In this document: piece by piece, positions 18,978-29,890 of the stretch
Position numbering within the stretch: the first letter of the stretch is position 1
Layout of the letters: each line of letters begins with the position of its first letter
Made by a program: the position numbers and the translations under genes
The notes under the pieces: generated by a model
Seen by the model: only the letters and a program-made list of their open reading frames with translations
Databases searched by the model: none
What the model was told of the DNA's origin: nothing
NCBI GenBank assembly: GCA_017416805.1
Contig: JAFQBB010000030.1
Span: 16,341-80,340 of the forward strand
Length of the DNA: 64,000 nucleotides
Source of the DNA: Bacteroidaceae bacterium
GTDB lineage: Bacteria > Bacteroidota > Bacteroidia > Bacteroidales > Bacteroidaceae
Reading direction: 5' to 3'

Positions 18978-20576
18978 TTATTTCTTGCAATTTACAGCAG
19001 CTTCCTCAATGCAGAGACAAGCCTTGTAATTCTCGATGTATGTGTTGAATCCTGCTACATCTTCCTTAGTAGGAGCAATCTCTTCACCGGTATTGCCTGC
19101 AAATACAACTTCCTCAAGATAATCTTCGAGGGAAAGTTTCTTGTCGTTATTTACAAGGTAAGAACCCAGAAGTGCCATACCCCAAGCTCCTCCTTCTCCT
19201 GCTGTCTCCATCACTGAAATAGGTGAGTTGATTGCAGCTGCGAGGATGCGTTGTCCTACACCTTTGGTCTTGAACAAACCACCGTGACCAGTGATGCGGT
19301 CTACACGAATTTTCTCTTCATTAAAGAGTATGTCGTTACCAATCTTGAGTACACCTACAGAAGCATGGAGGTGGGCACGCATGAAGTTCGCGAGATTGAA
19401 CTTATCGTTAGCTGAACGTACAAATAAGGGACGTCCCTCTTCCATTCCTGTAATGGGCTCACCAGAAATATAGTTGTAAGATATAAGACCACCACAGTCT
19501 GTGCTACCAGTAAGGGCATGGTTGTATAGTTTGCTGTAAATTTCATTCATATCTACAGGGATACCCATGAGTTCTTGATATTCCTTGAAGAGGTTTACCC
19601 AAGCATTTAGGTCGGAAGTACAGTTGTTACAATGTACCATAGCTACGAGACTGCCATCAGGGGTCGTTACCATATCTATCATCTCGTAAGGTTTGGAAAG
19701 GTCTTTCTCCAACACAATCATAGAGAATGAGGAGGTTCCTGCTGATACATTACCTGTACGCTGCCTTACAGCATTGGTGGCAACCATTCCAGTACCAGCA
19801 TCGCCCTCGGGTGGACATACGGGAATTCCAGCTTTGAGATGACCTGACACATCGAGTTTTTTTGCTCCTTCAGGGGTTAGGAATCCTGCATTCTCACCTG
19901 CGAGCAATACCTTGGGTAGAATATCGGACAGTTTCCAGTTAAAACCTTTAGGTGCTACAAGTTTGTCAAACTTATCGACCATTTCGGTAGAATAGTTTTT
20001 GGTTTCAGGATTAATAGGTATCATACCTGATGCATCACCGATACCGAGTACTTTGCTACCGGTTACTTGCCAATGTACATAACCTGCAAGGGTAGTGAGA
20101 AAATCTATATCCTTCACATGCTCCTCATTATTGAGAATTGCTTGATAGAGATGTGAAATGCTCCAGCGCAAGGGTATGTTGTAGACAAATAGTTCTGATA
20201 ATGTGGCAGCGGCCTGACCTGTATTGGTGTTGCGCCATGTGCGGAAGGGTACAAGAATTTTCTCGTTTTTGTCGAAGGCCATATATCCGTGCATCATGGC
20301 ACTGAAACCTATGGCAGAAAGGACCTCTATTTCGGTGTCGTACAAATCGTTGACATTTTTGCGTAGGTCGGCATAGCAATCTTGTAGACCATACCAGATA
20401 GCTTCTACACTATAGGTCCAGAGACCGTCAACCAACTGGTTTTCCCATGTGTGGCTACCTTGTGCGATAGGCTTGTTTTCTTCGTCTATCAAAACAGCTT
20501 TGATTCGTGTAGAACCAAATTCAATACCGAGGATGGCTTTGCCCGATTCGATGGTTTGTTTTGCTGTTAAACTCAT
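18978..20576 (-). CDS. FGGY-family carbohydrate kinase, probable L-ribulokinase of the Bacteroides-type arabinose cluster
   Basis: N-terminal [13 protein letters not shown] (FGGY/actin-like ATPase fold). Sits directly downstream of araA/araD. The function is inferred from context. Confidence 0.7.
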   Translation of the reverse strand: MSLTAKQTIESGKAILGIEFGSTRIKAVLIDEENKPIAQGSHTWENQLVDGLWTYSVEAIWYGLQDCYADLRKNVNDLYDTEIEVLSAIGFSAMMHGYMAFDKNEKILVPFRTWRNTNTGQAAATLSELFVYNIPLRWSISHLYQAILNNEEHVKDIDFLTTLAGYVHWQVTGSKVLGIGDASGMIPINPETKNYSTEMVDKFDKLVAPKGFNWKLSDILPKVLLAGENAGFLTPEGAKKLDVSGHLKAGIPVCPPEGDAGTGMVATNAVRQRTGNVSAGTSSFSMIVLEKDLSKPYEMIDMVTTPDGSLVAMVHCNNCTSDLNAWVNLFKEYQELMGIPVDMNEIYSKLYNHALTGSTDCGGLISYNYISGEPITGMEEGRPLFVRSANDKFNLANFMRAHLHASVGVLKIGNDILFNEEKIRVDRITGHGGLFKTKGVGQRILAAAINSPISVMETAGEGGAWGMALLGSYLVNNDKKLSLEDYLEEVVFAGNTGEEIAPTKEDVAGFNTYIENYKACLCIEEAAVNCKK

Positions 20577-20653
20577 AATTGATTATTTTAGTCTGTTAGT
20601 AGTATAGGAGGTTGGAGCGTCACTCCTTCCTCCTAATACTCCTGTATTATTAT

Positions 20654-22195
20654 TTAGCAAAGTGATTTATTCAGCATGTAATATATTTCGTTCATGCGAA
20701 GTTCCTGCTTGAATGAGCTGATAGTGGTGTCTTTGTTGATTTTTACATATTCGATACCAACAATCTCTGCAAAGTCTTCCCAGTACTCCTCGGTAATGTC
20801 ATAAGAGAATGCACTGTGGTGTGTTCCGCCTGCAAGAATCCATGCTCCGGCACCAATCTCAAATGTGGGCTGTGGAATCCAGAGAGCAGATGCAACTGGA
20901 AGGTTAGGCATTGGCTTCGGTTCGATACATTCAACCTCCTGAGAGATAAGACGGAAACGGTTACCAAGGTCAACAACAGTAGCTTTGATACCACGACCTA
21001 CCTTAGAGGTGAATACGAGACGGGCAGTCTGCTGCTTGCGGATACCGATGCCGAGGAAGTGAACTTCGAGTTTGGGCTTGTCAACTGCGATGAGCGGACA
21101 AATCTCGAGCATATGGCTCTGGAGACAAGAAGACTGGGCACCAGCGAAGTTGAGGGTGTAGTCTTCGAGGAATGAGCATCCGATAGGCATTCCATGTTGG
21201 ATAACCCAGAGTGTACGGCAGAGACATGCTGTCTTCCAGTCACCTTCAGCACCGAAACCGATACCTTCGGCCATGAGACGCTGAGAAGCAAGACCCGGAA
21301 TCTGGTCGAAGCCTACGAAGTTGGGATCGTTGATGTCTGCATCGCCGAGGTCATCGAAGTTGGTTGTGAACGCTGTAGCTCCTTCGTCGGCCAATACGCG
21401 ACGCAATGCAATTTCTGCCTTGGCTGCATTCTTAACTTTTTCCCAATAAACTTCTTCGCCACTCTCGTCAATCTTGATTTCGTACTCTTTCTTGTACTCC
21501 TCAACAAGTGCGTCGGCTTCTTCGTCAGTTACCTTCTTGAGGTAATCCATCAAAGAAGAAACTGGGTAGTAGTCAACATGATAACCCATGCGTTGTTCGA
21601 ATTCTACACGGTCACCATCGGTAACGGCAACATTGTTCATGTTCATACCGAACATAAGGCAACGAGTGTTTTTGGCATCAGCAACACCTGCAGCTACACG
21701 TGCCCATACGGCAATCTTCTCCTGTACTTCTTCGTTCTTCCAGTAGCCACAAACAACTTTGCGGGGTACACGCATACGAGTGCAGATATGACCGAACTCT
21801 ATATCGCCGTGAGCTGACTGGTTGAGGTTCATGAAGTCCATGTCGATGGTTTCCCAAGGAATTTCGGCATTGTACTGAGTGTGGAAGTGGAGAAGCGGCT
21901 TCTGTAATGTCTGAAGAGCCTTAATCCACATCTTGGCAGGTGAGAAGGTGTGCATCCAAGTGATTACACCAATACACTTCTCATCGTTGTTGGCAGCTTT
22001 CATTACAGCTTCGGCCTCTTTGGAAGAGTTGGCTGTACCTTTATAAACTACCTTGATAGGGAGTTTGCCACTATTGTTAAGACCCTCAACCATCTCTTTT
22101 GAGTGTCCATCTACTATCTTGACTGTTTTGCCGCCATAGAGCAACTGGGCACCTGTGACCCACCAAATTTCATACTGTTCAAAAATGTTTGCCAT
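20654..22195 (-). CDS. araA: L-arabinose isomerase
   Basis: 513 aa. N-terminus YEIWWVTGAQLLYGG, with full-length similarity to AraA as I remember it. Adjacent to araD. Confidence 0.9.
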   Translation of the reverse strand: MANIFEQYEIWWVTGAQLLYGGKTVKIVDGHSKEMVEGLNNSGKLPIKVVYKGTANSSKEAEAVMKAANNDEKCIGVITWMHTFSPAKMWIKALQTLQKPLLHFHTQYNAEIPWETIDMDFMNLNQSAHGDIEFGHICTRMRVPRKVVCGYWKNEEVQEKIAVWARVAAGVADAKNTRCLMFGMNMNNVAVTDGDRVEFEQRMGYHVDYYPVSSLMDYLKKVTDEEADALVEEYKKEYEIKIDESGEEVYWEKVKNAAKAEIALRRVLADEGATAFTTNFDDLGDADINDPNFVGFDQIPGLASQRLMAEGIGFGAEGDWKTACLCRTLWVIQHGMPIGCSFLEDYTLNFAGAQSSCLQSHMLEICPLIAVDKPKLEVHFLGIGIRKQQTARLVFTSKVGRGIKATVVDLGNRFRLISQEVECIEPKPMPNLPVASALWIPQPTFEIGAGAWILAGGTHHSAFSYDITEEYWEDFAEIVGIEYVKINKDTTISSFKQELRMNEIYYMLNKSLC

Positions 22196-22240
22196 AATTC
22201 TTTATAGTTTTAATGTTAATGAATATACTTGATAATGTTT

Positions 22241-22942
22241 TTAATGCTTTTGTCCTTTTTGTCCGTAGTAGGCATTAGGGCCATGCTTGCGGTTGTAATG
22301 TTTCTCAACCAAAAGGGGATTCATGGTTGTTTCTGGGTTGAGCGTGAATGAGATGTAAGCCATCTTGGCACACTGTTCCATCACCTTGGCATTATAAACG
22401 GCATTAGCAGGACTTGTACCCCATGAGAACGGACCATGATTCTTTACAAGAACACCAGGTGTGTGGTCTGGGTTGATGCCTTCAAAACGTTTAACTATTA
22501 CATTTCCTGTTTCCAATTCATATTCGCCTTCCACTTCAGCCTTGGTCATGTCGTCGGTACATGGGATGGCTTTGTAGAAATAGTCTGCATGAGTGGTACC
22601 GATGTTTGGAATATCTTTACCTGCCTGTGCCCATGCTGTAGCATAAGTAGAGTGGGTGTGGACTACTCCTTGGATATTGGGGAATGCACGATAGAGAACA
22701 AGGTGGGTAGGAGTATCAGATGAAGGATTCAAATCACCTTCAACCACCTTTCCTGTATGGAGATCTACCACTACCATATCAGACGCTTTCATGTCATCGT
22801 AACTTACTCCACTGGGCTTGATAACAACCAGTCCTTTTTCACGGTCGATACCTGACACATTACCCCAAGTGAATATTACCAATCCTTGTTTGACAAGGTC
22901 GAGGTTGGCTTGGAATACTTTTTCTTTGAGTTCTTCGAGCAT
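22241..22942 (-). CDS. araD: L-ribulose-5-phosphate 4-epimerase (class II aldolase fold)
   Basis: 233 aa with the [10 protein letters not shown] zinc-ligand block. Arabinose context. Confidence 0.9.
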   Translation of the reverse strand: MLEELKEKVFQANLDLVKQGLVIFTWGNVSGIDREKGLVVIKPSGVSYDDMKASDMVVVDLHTGKVVEGDLNPSSDTPTHLVLYRAFPNIQGVVHTHSTYATAWAQAGKDIPNIGTTHADYFYKAIPCTDDMTKAEVEGEYELETGNVIVKRFEGINPDHTPGVLVKNHGPFSWGTSPANAVYNAKVMEQCAKMAYISFTLNPETTMNPLLVEKHYNRKHGPNAYYGQKGQKH

Positions 22943-22990
22943 AATATTTAATATTTAAAGTTAGTATATTACCTTATTTATATATATATG

Positions 22991-23668
22991 TCATAACTTG
23001 AATCTTGGGTCGCGGTTATATGCCTTATTGTTGAATTTGTACAGATAGGCACCTCGGCGCGAACCGGATTTGTCAATCATTTCTGTCTTTTCTATGTAAT
23101 CCATCTCAGCCACTTTCTTGCGAAAGTTACGCTTGTCGATGGGCTCTCCTTGAATAGTCTCATAAAGGGATTGCATTTGGCTTAGCGTGAAGAGACGGGG
23201 GAGAAGATTGAGGCCAATAGGCTCAAGTGATGCTTTGCGGCACATCAGTTCTCTGGCTTTTTGAATCATGGCTGGATGATCAAAACCCAGATTAGGCAAT
23301 TGGTGGATATTTATCCACTGTGCATTGTGTTTTTCTACTAATTTACGGTCGTACTCATCAATATTGATAAGTGCATAGTAGGCAACGGATATAACCCGTT
23401 CGCCTGGGTCGCGGTCAACTTCGCCAAAGGCTCCTACCTGTTCCATATACACATTTTCGAGACCGGTCAGTTCTTTCAATACGCGTTTGGCGGCAGCATC
23501 TACGCTTTCATTTTGTTGTACAAAACCACCCATCAACGACCATTTGCCCTTTTCTGGTTCAAAATTACGTTTCAGCAGGAGCAGACTGAGTTCACCTTCG
23601 TTCAAGCCGAAGATGATGCAATCTACCGAAACGTAGAACTGAGGGTTGATGTTGTAATAGGCGGTCAC
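22991..23668 (-). CDS. Nudix-domain plus winged-helix transcriptional regulator (NrtR family, AraR-like)
   Basis: Degenerate Nudix box GKWSLMGGFVQQNESVDAAAKRVLKELTGL and a C-terminal wHTH-like region. It holds the same position as the Nudix-type arabinose regulator in Bacteroides arabinose clusters (established knowledge). Confidence 0.7.
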   Translation of the reverse strand: MTAYYNINPQFYVSVDCIIFGLNEGELSLLLLKRNFEPEKGKWSLMGGFVQQNESVDAAAKRVLKELTGLENVYMEQVGAFGEVDRDPGERVISVAYYALINIDEYDRKLVEKHNAQWINIHQLPNLGFDHPAMIQKARELMCRKASLEPIGLNLLPRLFTLSQMQSLYETIQGEPIDKRNFRKKVAEMDYIEKTEMIDKSGSRRGAYLYKFNNKAYNRDPRFKL

Positions 23669-23674
23669 TTGTCA

Positions 23675-23751
23675 AATTATGAATTGTGAATTATGAATTA
23701 TGAGAGCTACAAGCTACGAGGTGCGATATTCACTCGTCACTCGTAGCTTGT
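23675..23751. repeat. GAATTATG tandem words followed by a perfect 12 bp stem hairpin of the AGCTACAAG family
   Basis: ACAAGCTACGAG (23709-23720) against CTCGTAGCTTGT (23740-23751). Preceded by AATTATGAATTGTGAATTATGAATTATGA. Confidence 0.85.
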
Positions 23752-23758
23752 CATTTAT

Positions 23759-25681
23759 TTACCAGAGGCAGATATAAAGCAATGCAGTGATTGCACAAAT
23801 ACCGAACGAACCCCAAGTGTAACCACGAGTGGTGGCAAACAGGCTGAGGTTGATAGGCAAGGCCTTCGGATCTTTCACTGTGTCGATAGAGTTGCTATAG
23901 AGCCATACAGCGTTGCAACCAACCAATACACCGAAGAAAATGAATGCCTGGAAGCCGATGTCATTCAGGTAAGCTGACCATGAAGTTGAAGTTCCAAAAG
24001 CAACAACTACAAGAGCGGCAATGATGAAGAATGCACCTACGCATCCGATAATCTTTGACCACTTCAACATCTGAGCCTTGTCGGCAGCACTGACTTCTTC
24101 AGCCTTCACAAACTTCTTGTCAAGGTAAGAGATAAGGATGAAGAATGTTACCAAAATAATGAAGATGTAACCGGCACGGAGCTGGAAAGCCACATCGGGC
24201 AAACAAATCTTGAAGATAACACCCATCGGGATGGTAAGGATTGAAGTCCAAATGGCTGCGGTAGAAGAAGCACGCTTCCAAAGCAGACCTAAACCGAATA
24301 CGGTGATGATACCCGGATAGATGAAGCCAGAATATTCCTGAATGTACTGGAAGGCCTGGTCAAGACCACCGAGCAAAGGCTTAACGGCAACAGCAGCGAT
24401 AATCAATGCGGCAAGGGCTGTCAGACGACCTACGTTCACCAACTTCTTGTCAGAAGCACCCTTGTTGATGTACTTCTTGTAGATATCCATTGTGAAGAGG
24501 GTTGAGGTTGAGTTGAACATAGATGCCAATGAAGAGATGATGGCAGCTGTCAATGCGGCAAATGACAATCCCTTGATACCAGTTGGAGTAAAGTTACGGA
24601 TTAACCAAGGATAAGCATCGTCTGAACGGTTGATGGCACCTTGGAGGTTCAAACTTTCAAAAGCATCAGGATTCTGCATGATATAGAATGCACAAATACC
24701 GGGAATAACAACGATGAACGGGATAAGAATCTTCAAGAAACCTGCGAAGATAAGACCTTTCTTGGCTTCATCGATACTCTTGGCTGCAAGACCTTTCTGG
24801 ATGATATACTGGTTGAAACCCCAGTAACCCAAGTTGGTCAACCATACACCACCTACAACGGCTACGATACCCGGCACATTAGCATAAGCTTCGGGGTCGT
24901 GGCTCTCCTGAATAATCAGGTGGAAGTGAGGATCGGTCAAGTATTTGCCTGTTGTCAGATCCTCGAAAATTTGTCCGAATGCACTAAAAGCACCATCAGC
25001 TCCCATTACTACACCCATCTGGTCAAGAGCTACATAGGCTGTTACAAGACCACCACCAACAAGGAATGTTACCTGCATAACGTCTGTCCATGCAACAGAG
25101 GCCAAACCACCGTATATTGAATAAATACCGGCAACAACAAACAAACCGATGATGATGATCATCTGCATAGAGATTTCATATCCCCAAATGCTGACCATTA
25201 CACCTTGTACACCCAAAATCTGTTCGATGGCAAGGGCACCTAACCATGCTACAGAAGTCAAGTTTACAAATACATAGAGGAACAACCACAAGATAGAGAA
25301 GGCAAGACCTACACCGTCGTTATAGCGTTCGTGCAAGAACTGTGGGATGGTGAAAATCTTACGGTCAATCATGATTGGCAACAAGAACTTACCGATAACA
25401 ATCAGCGTTACGGCTGCCATAATTTCGTAAGCAGCGATAGCAATACCGTCAGCATAACCGGTACCTGACATACCGATGAACTGTTCGGCTGAAATGTTGG
25501 CAGCAATCAATGATGCACCCACGGCCCACCATGTCAAGGTGTTACCTGCCAAGAAGTAGTCATTGGCACTTTTCTCTTTTCCGTCTTTGTCGCGGCTGAG
25601 GAAAAGACCCAATGCCACGAGGACTACAATGTACACACCAAAGATGATAAAATCAATGGTTTCAAATCCTGATGAACTCAT
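23759..25681 (-). CDS. Sodium:solute symporter (SSS/SGLT family), probable pentose transporter
   Basis: 640 aa with 13-14 TM segments and SSS-family blocks (GASLIAANISAEQFIG). Located inside the arabinose cluster. Confidence 0.8.
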   Translation of the reverse strand: MSSSGFETIDFIIFGVYIVVLVALGLFLSRDKDGKEKSANDYFLAGNTLTWWAVGASLIAANISAEQFIGMSGTGYADGIAIAAYEIMAAVTLIVIGKFLLPIMIDRKIFTIPQFLHERYNDGVGLAFSILWLFLYVFVNLTSVAWLGALAIEQILGVQGVMVSIWGYEISMQMIIIIGLFVVAGIYSIYGGLASVAWTDVMQVTFLVGGGLVTAYVALDQMGVVMGADGAFSAFGQIFEDLTTGKYLTDPHFHLIIQESHDPEAYANVPGIVAVVGGVWLTNLGYWGFNQYIIQKGLAAKSIDEAKKGLIFAGFLKILIPFIVVIPGICAFYIMQNPDAFESLNLQGAINRSDDAYPWLIRNFTPTGIKGLSFAALTAAIISSLASMFNSTSTLFTMDIYKKYINKGASDKKLVNVGRLTALAALIIAAVAVKPLLGGLDQAFQYIQEYSGFIYPGIITVFGLGLLWKRASSTAAIWTSILTIPMGVIFKICLPDVAFQLRAGYIFIILVTFFILISYLDKKFVKAEEVSAADKAQMLKWSKIIGCVGAFFIIAALVVVAFGTSTSWSAYLNDIGFQAFIFFGVLVGCNAVWLYSNSIDTVKDPKALPINLSLFATTRGYTWGSFGICAITALLYICLW

Positions 25682-25714
25682 TTTACTTTGTTACTATTTT
25701 AAGTGATTAATAAA

Positions 25715-26878
25715 TTATTTCTCTACACCGAATTTGAAGATACAACGGCTGTTGTATGTCTCTCCCGGCTCAAGGGTTGCAGTAGGCCAACCTTCGAGAT
25801 CAGATTTGTTGGGAGTGTCGGGATATTTCTGAGTTTCCAGACAAAGACCTGTACGTTTGTTATATACAATGCCCTTCTTACCGGTTACTGTGCCATCAAG
25901 GAAATTACCGCTGTAAACCTGGATACCGGGTTCATTCGTGTAAACTTCCAATGTGATACCTGTGATGGGGCTTACAGCCTTTGCAGCAAGCTGATTCAAA
26001 TCTCCATTAGTATTCAAGCACCAGTTGTGGTCGAAACCGTTTCCATTCTTAACTTGCTCAAAGTCAAAAGCATCAATATCCTTTCCAACCACTTTGGCTG
26101 TAGTGAAGTCCATAGGAGTTCCTGTTACAGGAGCTATTTCACCTGTTGTCATGTAAGTGGTGTCAACCGGAGTATAGTTGGATGCATTTACATAAAGAAT
26201 GTGGTCGGTGATTTTTAAGTTAGGATTACCTGAAAGATTGAAGTATGAATGGTTGGTCATGTTAATGACAGTCTTCTTGTCTGTGGTGGCTTTGTAGTCA
26301 ATGTCGATAGCATTGTCTGAGGTGAGGGTATATGTAACTGTAGCTGTTACATTACCGGGGAAGTTGGCATCACCATCGGGAGAATTCATAACCAATACAA
26401 CTGTGCTGTCATTGGGTTGCGAACCTTCATAAACTTGGTATTGCCATCCGTTGGGGCCTCCGTGCAAGCAGTGGCCGAAGTTGTTTTGAGGCAATTGGAT
26501 TTCAGTTCCGTCAACAACAATCTTTCCTTGGTTGATACGATTGGCATAACGGCCGATAGAAGCGCCAAAGTCTGTCTGGTTGTTTTCAGGAAGATAGGCT
26601 CCTACGCTGTCCAGACCCAATACTACGTCTTGCATTTTGCCATTCTTGTCTGGAACCATAACAGAAACGATGCGTCCACCGTAATTCGTTACGCATACTT
26701 CCATGCCAGAGGCATTCTTCAACACGTAGAGGTCAGTTTGTTTGCCGTTAACCTCTTTCTTGAAGTTTTCAGGGTTTAAGCCTGAAAGTGTCAACTCCTG
26801 CTTGGGCTGTTGAGGAGTGCAAGCAGCTAATAATGACAGGACTACGCCTGTACCCAAAATACTTTTCATGTACTTCAT
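25715..26878 (-). CDS. Aldose 1-epimerase (mutarotase), lipoprotein
   Basis: GRYANRI, LHGGPNGW and NMTNHSYFNL motifs. Start taken at MKYMKS, followed by lipobox LLAAC. The track start at 26956 adds 26 implausible residues. Confidence 0.85.
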   Translation of the reverse strand: MKYMKSILGTGVVLSLLAACTPQQPKQELTLSGLNPENFKKEVNGKQTDLYVLKNASGMEVCVTNYGGRIVSVMVPDKNGKMQDVVLGLDSVGAYLPENNQTDFGASIGRYANRINQGKIVVDGTEIQLPQNNFGHCLHGGPNGWQYQVYEGSQPNDSTVVLVMNSPDGDANFPGNVTATVTYTLTSDNAIDIDYKATTDKKTVINMTNHSYFNLSGNPNLKITDHILYVNASNYTPVDTTYMTTGEIAPVTGTPMDFTTAKVVGKDIDAFDFEQVKNGNGFDHNWCLNTNGDLNQLAAKAVSPITGITLEVYTNEPGIQVYSGNFLDGTVTGKKGIVYNKRTGLCLETQKYPDTPNKSDLEGWPTATLEPGETYNSRCIFKFGVEK

Positions 26879-27065
26879 GACAGTTTTTCTAATAGGTTTA
26901 AAAATTAAAATTCGAATTTGGGTGTAAAAGTAACACTTATTTCCCGTGTAGAGCACATATCATTATATGTTATATAACATAAAAAGGCATTATTCAGCTT
27001 TTTTATATAGTGTTTGCGAGCACGAAATATTGTTCGTAAGTTCTTGCCGATACAGAGGAGGTTTT

Positions 27066-27183
27066 CTGCCAAGCCAATTGTAGTTCACTGCCAAGCCGAT
27101 TGTAGTACACTGCCAAGCCGGTTGTAGTACACTGCCAAGCTGATTGTAGTTCACTGCCAAGCTGATGGCAGAGCCGGTGGCAG
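27066..27183. repeat. Tandem array of 4.5 units of 22 bp (CTGCCAAGCYRRTTGTAGTWCA)
   Basis: Units start at 27066, 27088, 27110, 27132 and 27154. The array ends in CTGCCAAGCTGATGGCAGAGCCGGTGGCAG. Confidence 0.95.
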
Positions 27184-27302
27184 TATTTTGTCACGGCGTT
27201 ACTGTGATTATGGGATTGTATGTTTGTGAGTTAAGATGCGTTTTCTGTAGGCCAAACAATTTAAAGGGGAGCGGGAGGGAAATAGTTGGTTGTAGAAAAA
27301 TG

Positions 27303-27338
27303 AAAAAGGGCGTGTTATTTTTTTAACACACCCTTTTG
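27303..27338 (-). terminator. Rho-independent terminator after galK
   Basis: On the minus strand, AAAGGGTGTGTTA-loop-TAACACGCCCTTT is followed by a T-rich tract, 18 nt after the galK stop. Confidence 0.7.
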
Positions 27339-27355
27339 CTGTTTATTGTCAAGTA

Positions 27356-28516
27356 TTAGGCCAACTTGCGTGAACCGTCACCGATGACAACGTCAATGAT
27401 GATAGGATCTTTGCCGTATTTTTCCTTATATTTGGTCTTTACGGTTTCTACGAAAGGACCATAAAGAGCGTCTTCCACGAGGTTGATAGTGCAACCGCCA
27501 AAGCCTCCACCCATGATACGTGAACCTGTCACACCGCAATCTTTGGCAATGTCGTTCAGGTAGTCCAGCTCTTCGCAGCTAACTTCGTAATCCTTGCTCA
27601 AACCGGCATGAGTTTCATACATCATCTGGCCTACAGTCTCGTAGTCACCCTTCTGGAGAGCGTCGCAAACGGCCAATACACGGTCTGTTTCACCGATAGC
27701 GTAAGTGGCACGACGGATATCCTCTTCGCTGCATTCAGCCTTAACCTCTTCCAACATTTCCCAAGTACAGTCACGCAAAGTCTCAATGCCATCGTGACGC
27801 TTGGCAATAGCGGCTACCACGTTTTCGCAACTTTGGCGACGATCGTTGTAAGGTGAACCTACCAATTCGTGCTTTACGCAAGAGTTTACGAGTACCAACT
27901 TGTATCCTTGCGGATTCCATGGGAAGTATTCGAACTCTCCGCTTCGGCAATCAAGACGCATCAGATAGCCAGCTTTACCGTGAACAGAAGCGAACTGGTC
28001 CATGATACCACATTTGCAACCGAGGTAGTTGTGCTCTGTTGCCTGACCAACTTTGGCAAGAGTCATCTTGTCTATCTTGTTGTCACCGAACAGGTCGTTG
28101 ATGGCGAAAGCAAAACAACTTTCGAGAGCAGCAGATGAAGACATACCGGCACCGAGGGGTACGTCACCGGCAAAAGCTGTGTCAAAACCTTCTACGGGTA
28201 CACCCAACTTCATCATTTCACGAACCACACCGAACACATAGCGGAAATGGCTTGCGTTAGGGCCTTTCTCGTCATCGATGTTGAACTCGTCATAATCCTT
28301 CAAGTCGATAGAGTAGGCACGTACGGTACGTGTCCCGTTAGGCTTGATTTCGGCAATCATACCCTGCTGTACAGCACCGGGGAATACGAATCCGCCATTA
28401 TAATCGGTATGCTCACCAATCAGGTTGATACGACCTGGAGAAGCATAAACAGAACCTTCTGCATTGTTGAAGTGCTTTTTGAAGCGACTTCTTACGTCAT
28501 CAATAGTAAGTCTCAT
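27356..28516 (-). CDS. galK: Galactokinase
   Basis: Galactokinase signature GRINLIGEHTDYNGG and GHMP motif PLGAGMSSSAALE. Confidence 0.95.
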   Translation of the reverse strand: MRLTIDDVRSRFKKHFNNAEGSVYASPGRINLIGEHTDYNGGFVFPGAVQQGMIAEIKPNGTRTVRAYSIDLKDYDEFNIDDEKGPNASHFRYVFGVVREMMKLGVPVEGFDTAFAGDVPLGAGMSSSAALESCFAFAINDLFGDNKIDKMTLAKVGQATEHNYLGCKCGIMDQFASVHGKAGYLMRLDCRSGEFEYFPWNPQGYKLVLVNSCVKHELVGSPYNDRRQSCENVVAAIAKRHDGIETLRDCTWEMLEEVKAECSEEDIRRATYAIGETDRVLAVCDALQKGDYETVGQMMYETHAGLSKDYEVSCEELDYLNDIAKDCGVTGSRIMGGGFGGCTINLVEDALYGPFVETVKTKYKEKYGKDPIIIDVVIGDGSRKLA

Positions 28517-28619
28517 ATGTTTTAAATTTAAAAGGTTTGATAATAATAATATTTCATTTATTTGTGTAAAGGATGGCGGTAAACCGTTGAGGGTAAACCG
28601 CTATCCTTGTTTGGTTTCA

Positions 28620-29849
28620 TTATTTGCTCAATCCGATTTTAGAACCCTTCCAGCAGAACCAGAGTACGTAGATGTAGTAGATGAACATCATGGCGATGGC
28701 ATAACCTACACCGAGAGCAGGATTGTCAACTACGATACCCATGAGTGGAGTCAAGGTAGCAGCACCTACTACACCCAAGTTGATGATACCGGAAGCAGAT
28801 TTTGTGTGAGGACCAAGCTCCTGGAGACCCAAGTTGAATACCAAAGGCCACATTACAGAATGGAACAGACCAGCTGCCAGCATGCAATATACTGATGCCA
28901 TACCTGAAAGCAGGAAGCTGGTTCCTACGCAGATTGCACCACCAGCAATACAGAATGTCAGGATAACGCGAGGCTGGAACTTGCTAAGCACGGCTGCTCC
29001 GATGAAACGGCCTACCATCATACCACCCCAATACATCCAAAGGTATTCTGTCGCAGTTCCGGGAAGGTTCGGGTCAGCCTTGAAATAAGCGGGAAGCATA
29101 GAGGGGATACCAATCTCAAGACCCATGTACATAAAGATACCGAGAGCACCTAACCATACATGAGGATATTTGAACACACTGCTCTTATATTCCTTTACTT
29201 CACCTGTAGATTCTGCAGCCTGTTCTTCTTCTTTGATTTCAGGAAGTTTCAAGAATACGAGGATCACACAGAGCAGCAGAGTAAAGATACCCAATCCCAA
29301 ATATGGAGCAGGTACAGCTGCGGGGGTAGGAATCTGGTTACCGATAATTACAGAACCGATGAAAATAGGTGCCAATGTGGTTGCTACAGAGTTGAGTGCT
29401 TGTGACAATGTCATGCGGAATGCACCTTTCTCAGGAGCACCAAGTACCATCACGTAAGGGTTGGCTACGAGTTGCAACATCACGATACCTAATGCAACCA
29501 CAAACATGCTACCCAAGAAATATGAGTAAACAACGGCTGTGCTGGCTTCAAGGTTAGATGAAATCGCAGCCCAATTGATGATGAATCCAAGACCCACAAC
29601 GGCAAGACCTAAAATAAGGGTCTTCTTATATCCGATTTTACTCATCATGAATCCGAAGGGGATAGACATGATGTAGGCACCGTAGAAGGCAGTGTTTACC
29701 AATTGTCCTTGAGTATCACTGAGATTGAATGCAGTTTTGCAGAATTCAATCATTGAATTGTTCATTGTGGTAACGAAACCTATGAGGAAACATACCGCAA
29801 TCACAATGATAAGTGCGAACGTGTAGTTCGGTGTTTGTTTTTGACTCAT
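28620..29849 (-). CDS. MFS sugar transporter, glucose/galactose (FucP/GluP)-type
   Basis: 409 aa with 12 TM segments. The N-terminal region FVTTMNNSMI is typical of FucP-family permeases. Lies between galK and a mutarotase. Confidence 0.75.
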   Translation of the reverse strand: MSQKQTPNYTFALIIVIAVCFLIGFVTTMNNSMIEFCKTAFNLSDTQGQLVNTAFYGAYIMSIPFGFMMSKIGYKKTLILGLAVVGLGFIINWAAISSNLEASTAVVYSYFLGSMFVVALGIVMLQLVANPYVMVLGAPEKGAFRMTLSQALNSVATTLAPIFIGSVIIGNQIPTPAAVPAPYLGLGIFTLLLCVILVFLKLPEIKEEEQAAESTGEVKEYKSSVFKYPHVWLGALGIFMYMGLEIGIPSMLPAYFKADPNLPGTATEYLWMYWGGMMVGRFIGAAVLSKFQPRVILTFCIAGGAICVGTSFLLSGMASVYCMLAAGLFHSVMWPLVFNLGLQELGPHTKSASGIINLGVVGAATLTPLMGIVVDNPALGVGYAIAMMFIYYIYVLWFCWKGSKIGLSK

Positions 29850-29890
29850 TTTGTTTATAGTTTTAGTGATTAATAATTTCTCCGTTATTG

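Noticed and set aside
27066-27183. Possible CRISPR array. The same question applies to 44096-44270 and 46698-46776.
   Set aside because: The repeats are directly head-to-tail with no unique spacers. The units are only 22-24 bp and degenerate, and no cas genes or leader are present in the window.
27003-27194. 63 aa ORF on the minus strand.
   Set aside because: It is the periodic translation of the 22 bp tandem array (repeating LGSELQ.AWQ). It is not a plausible protein.
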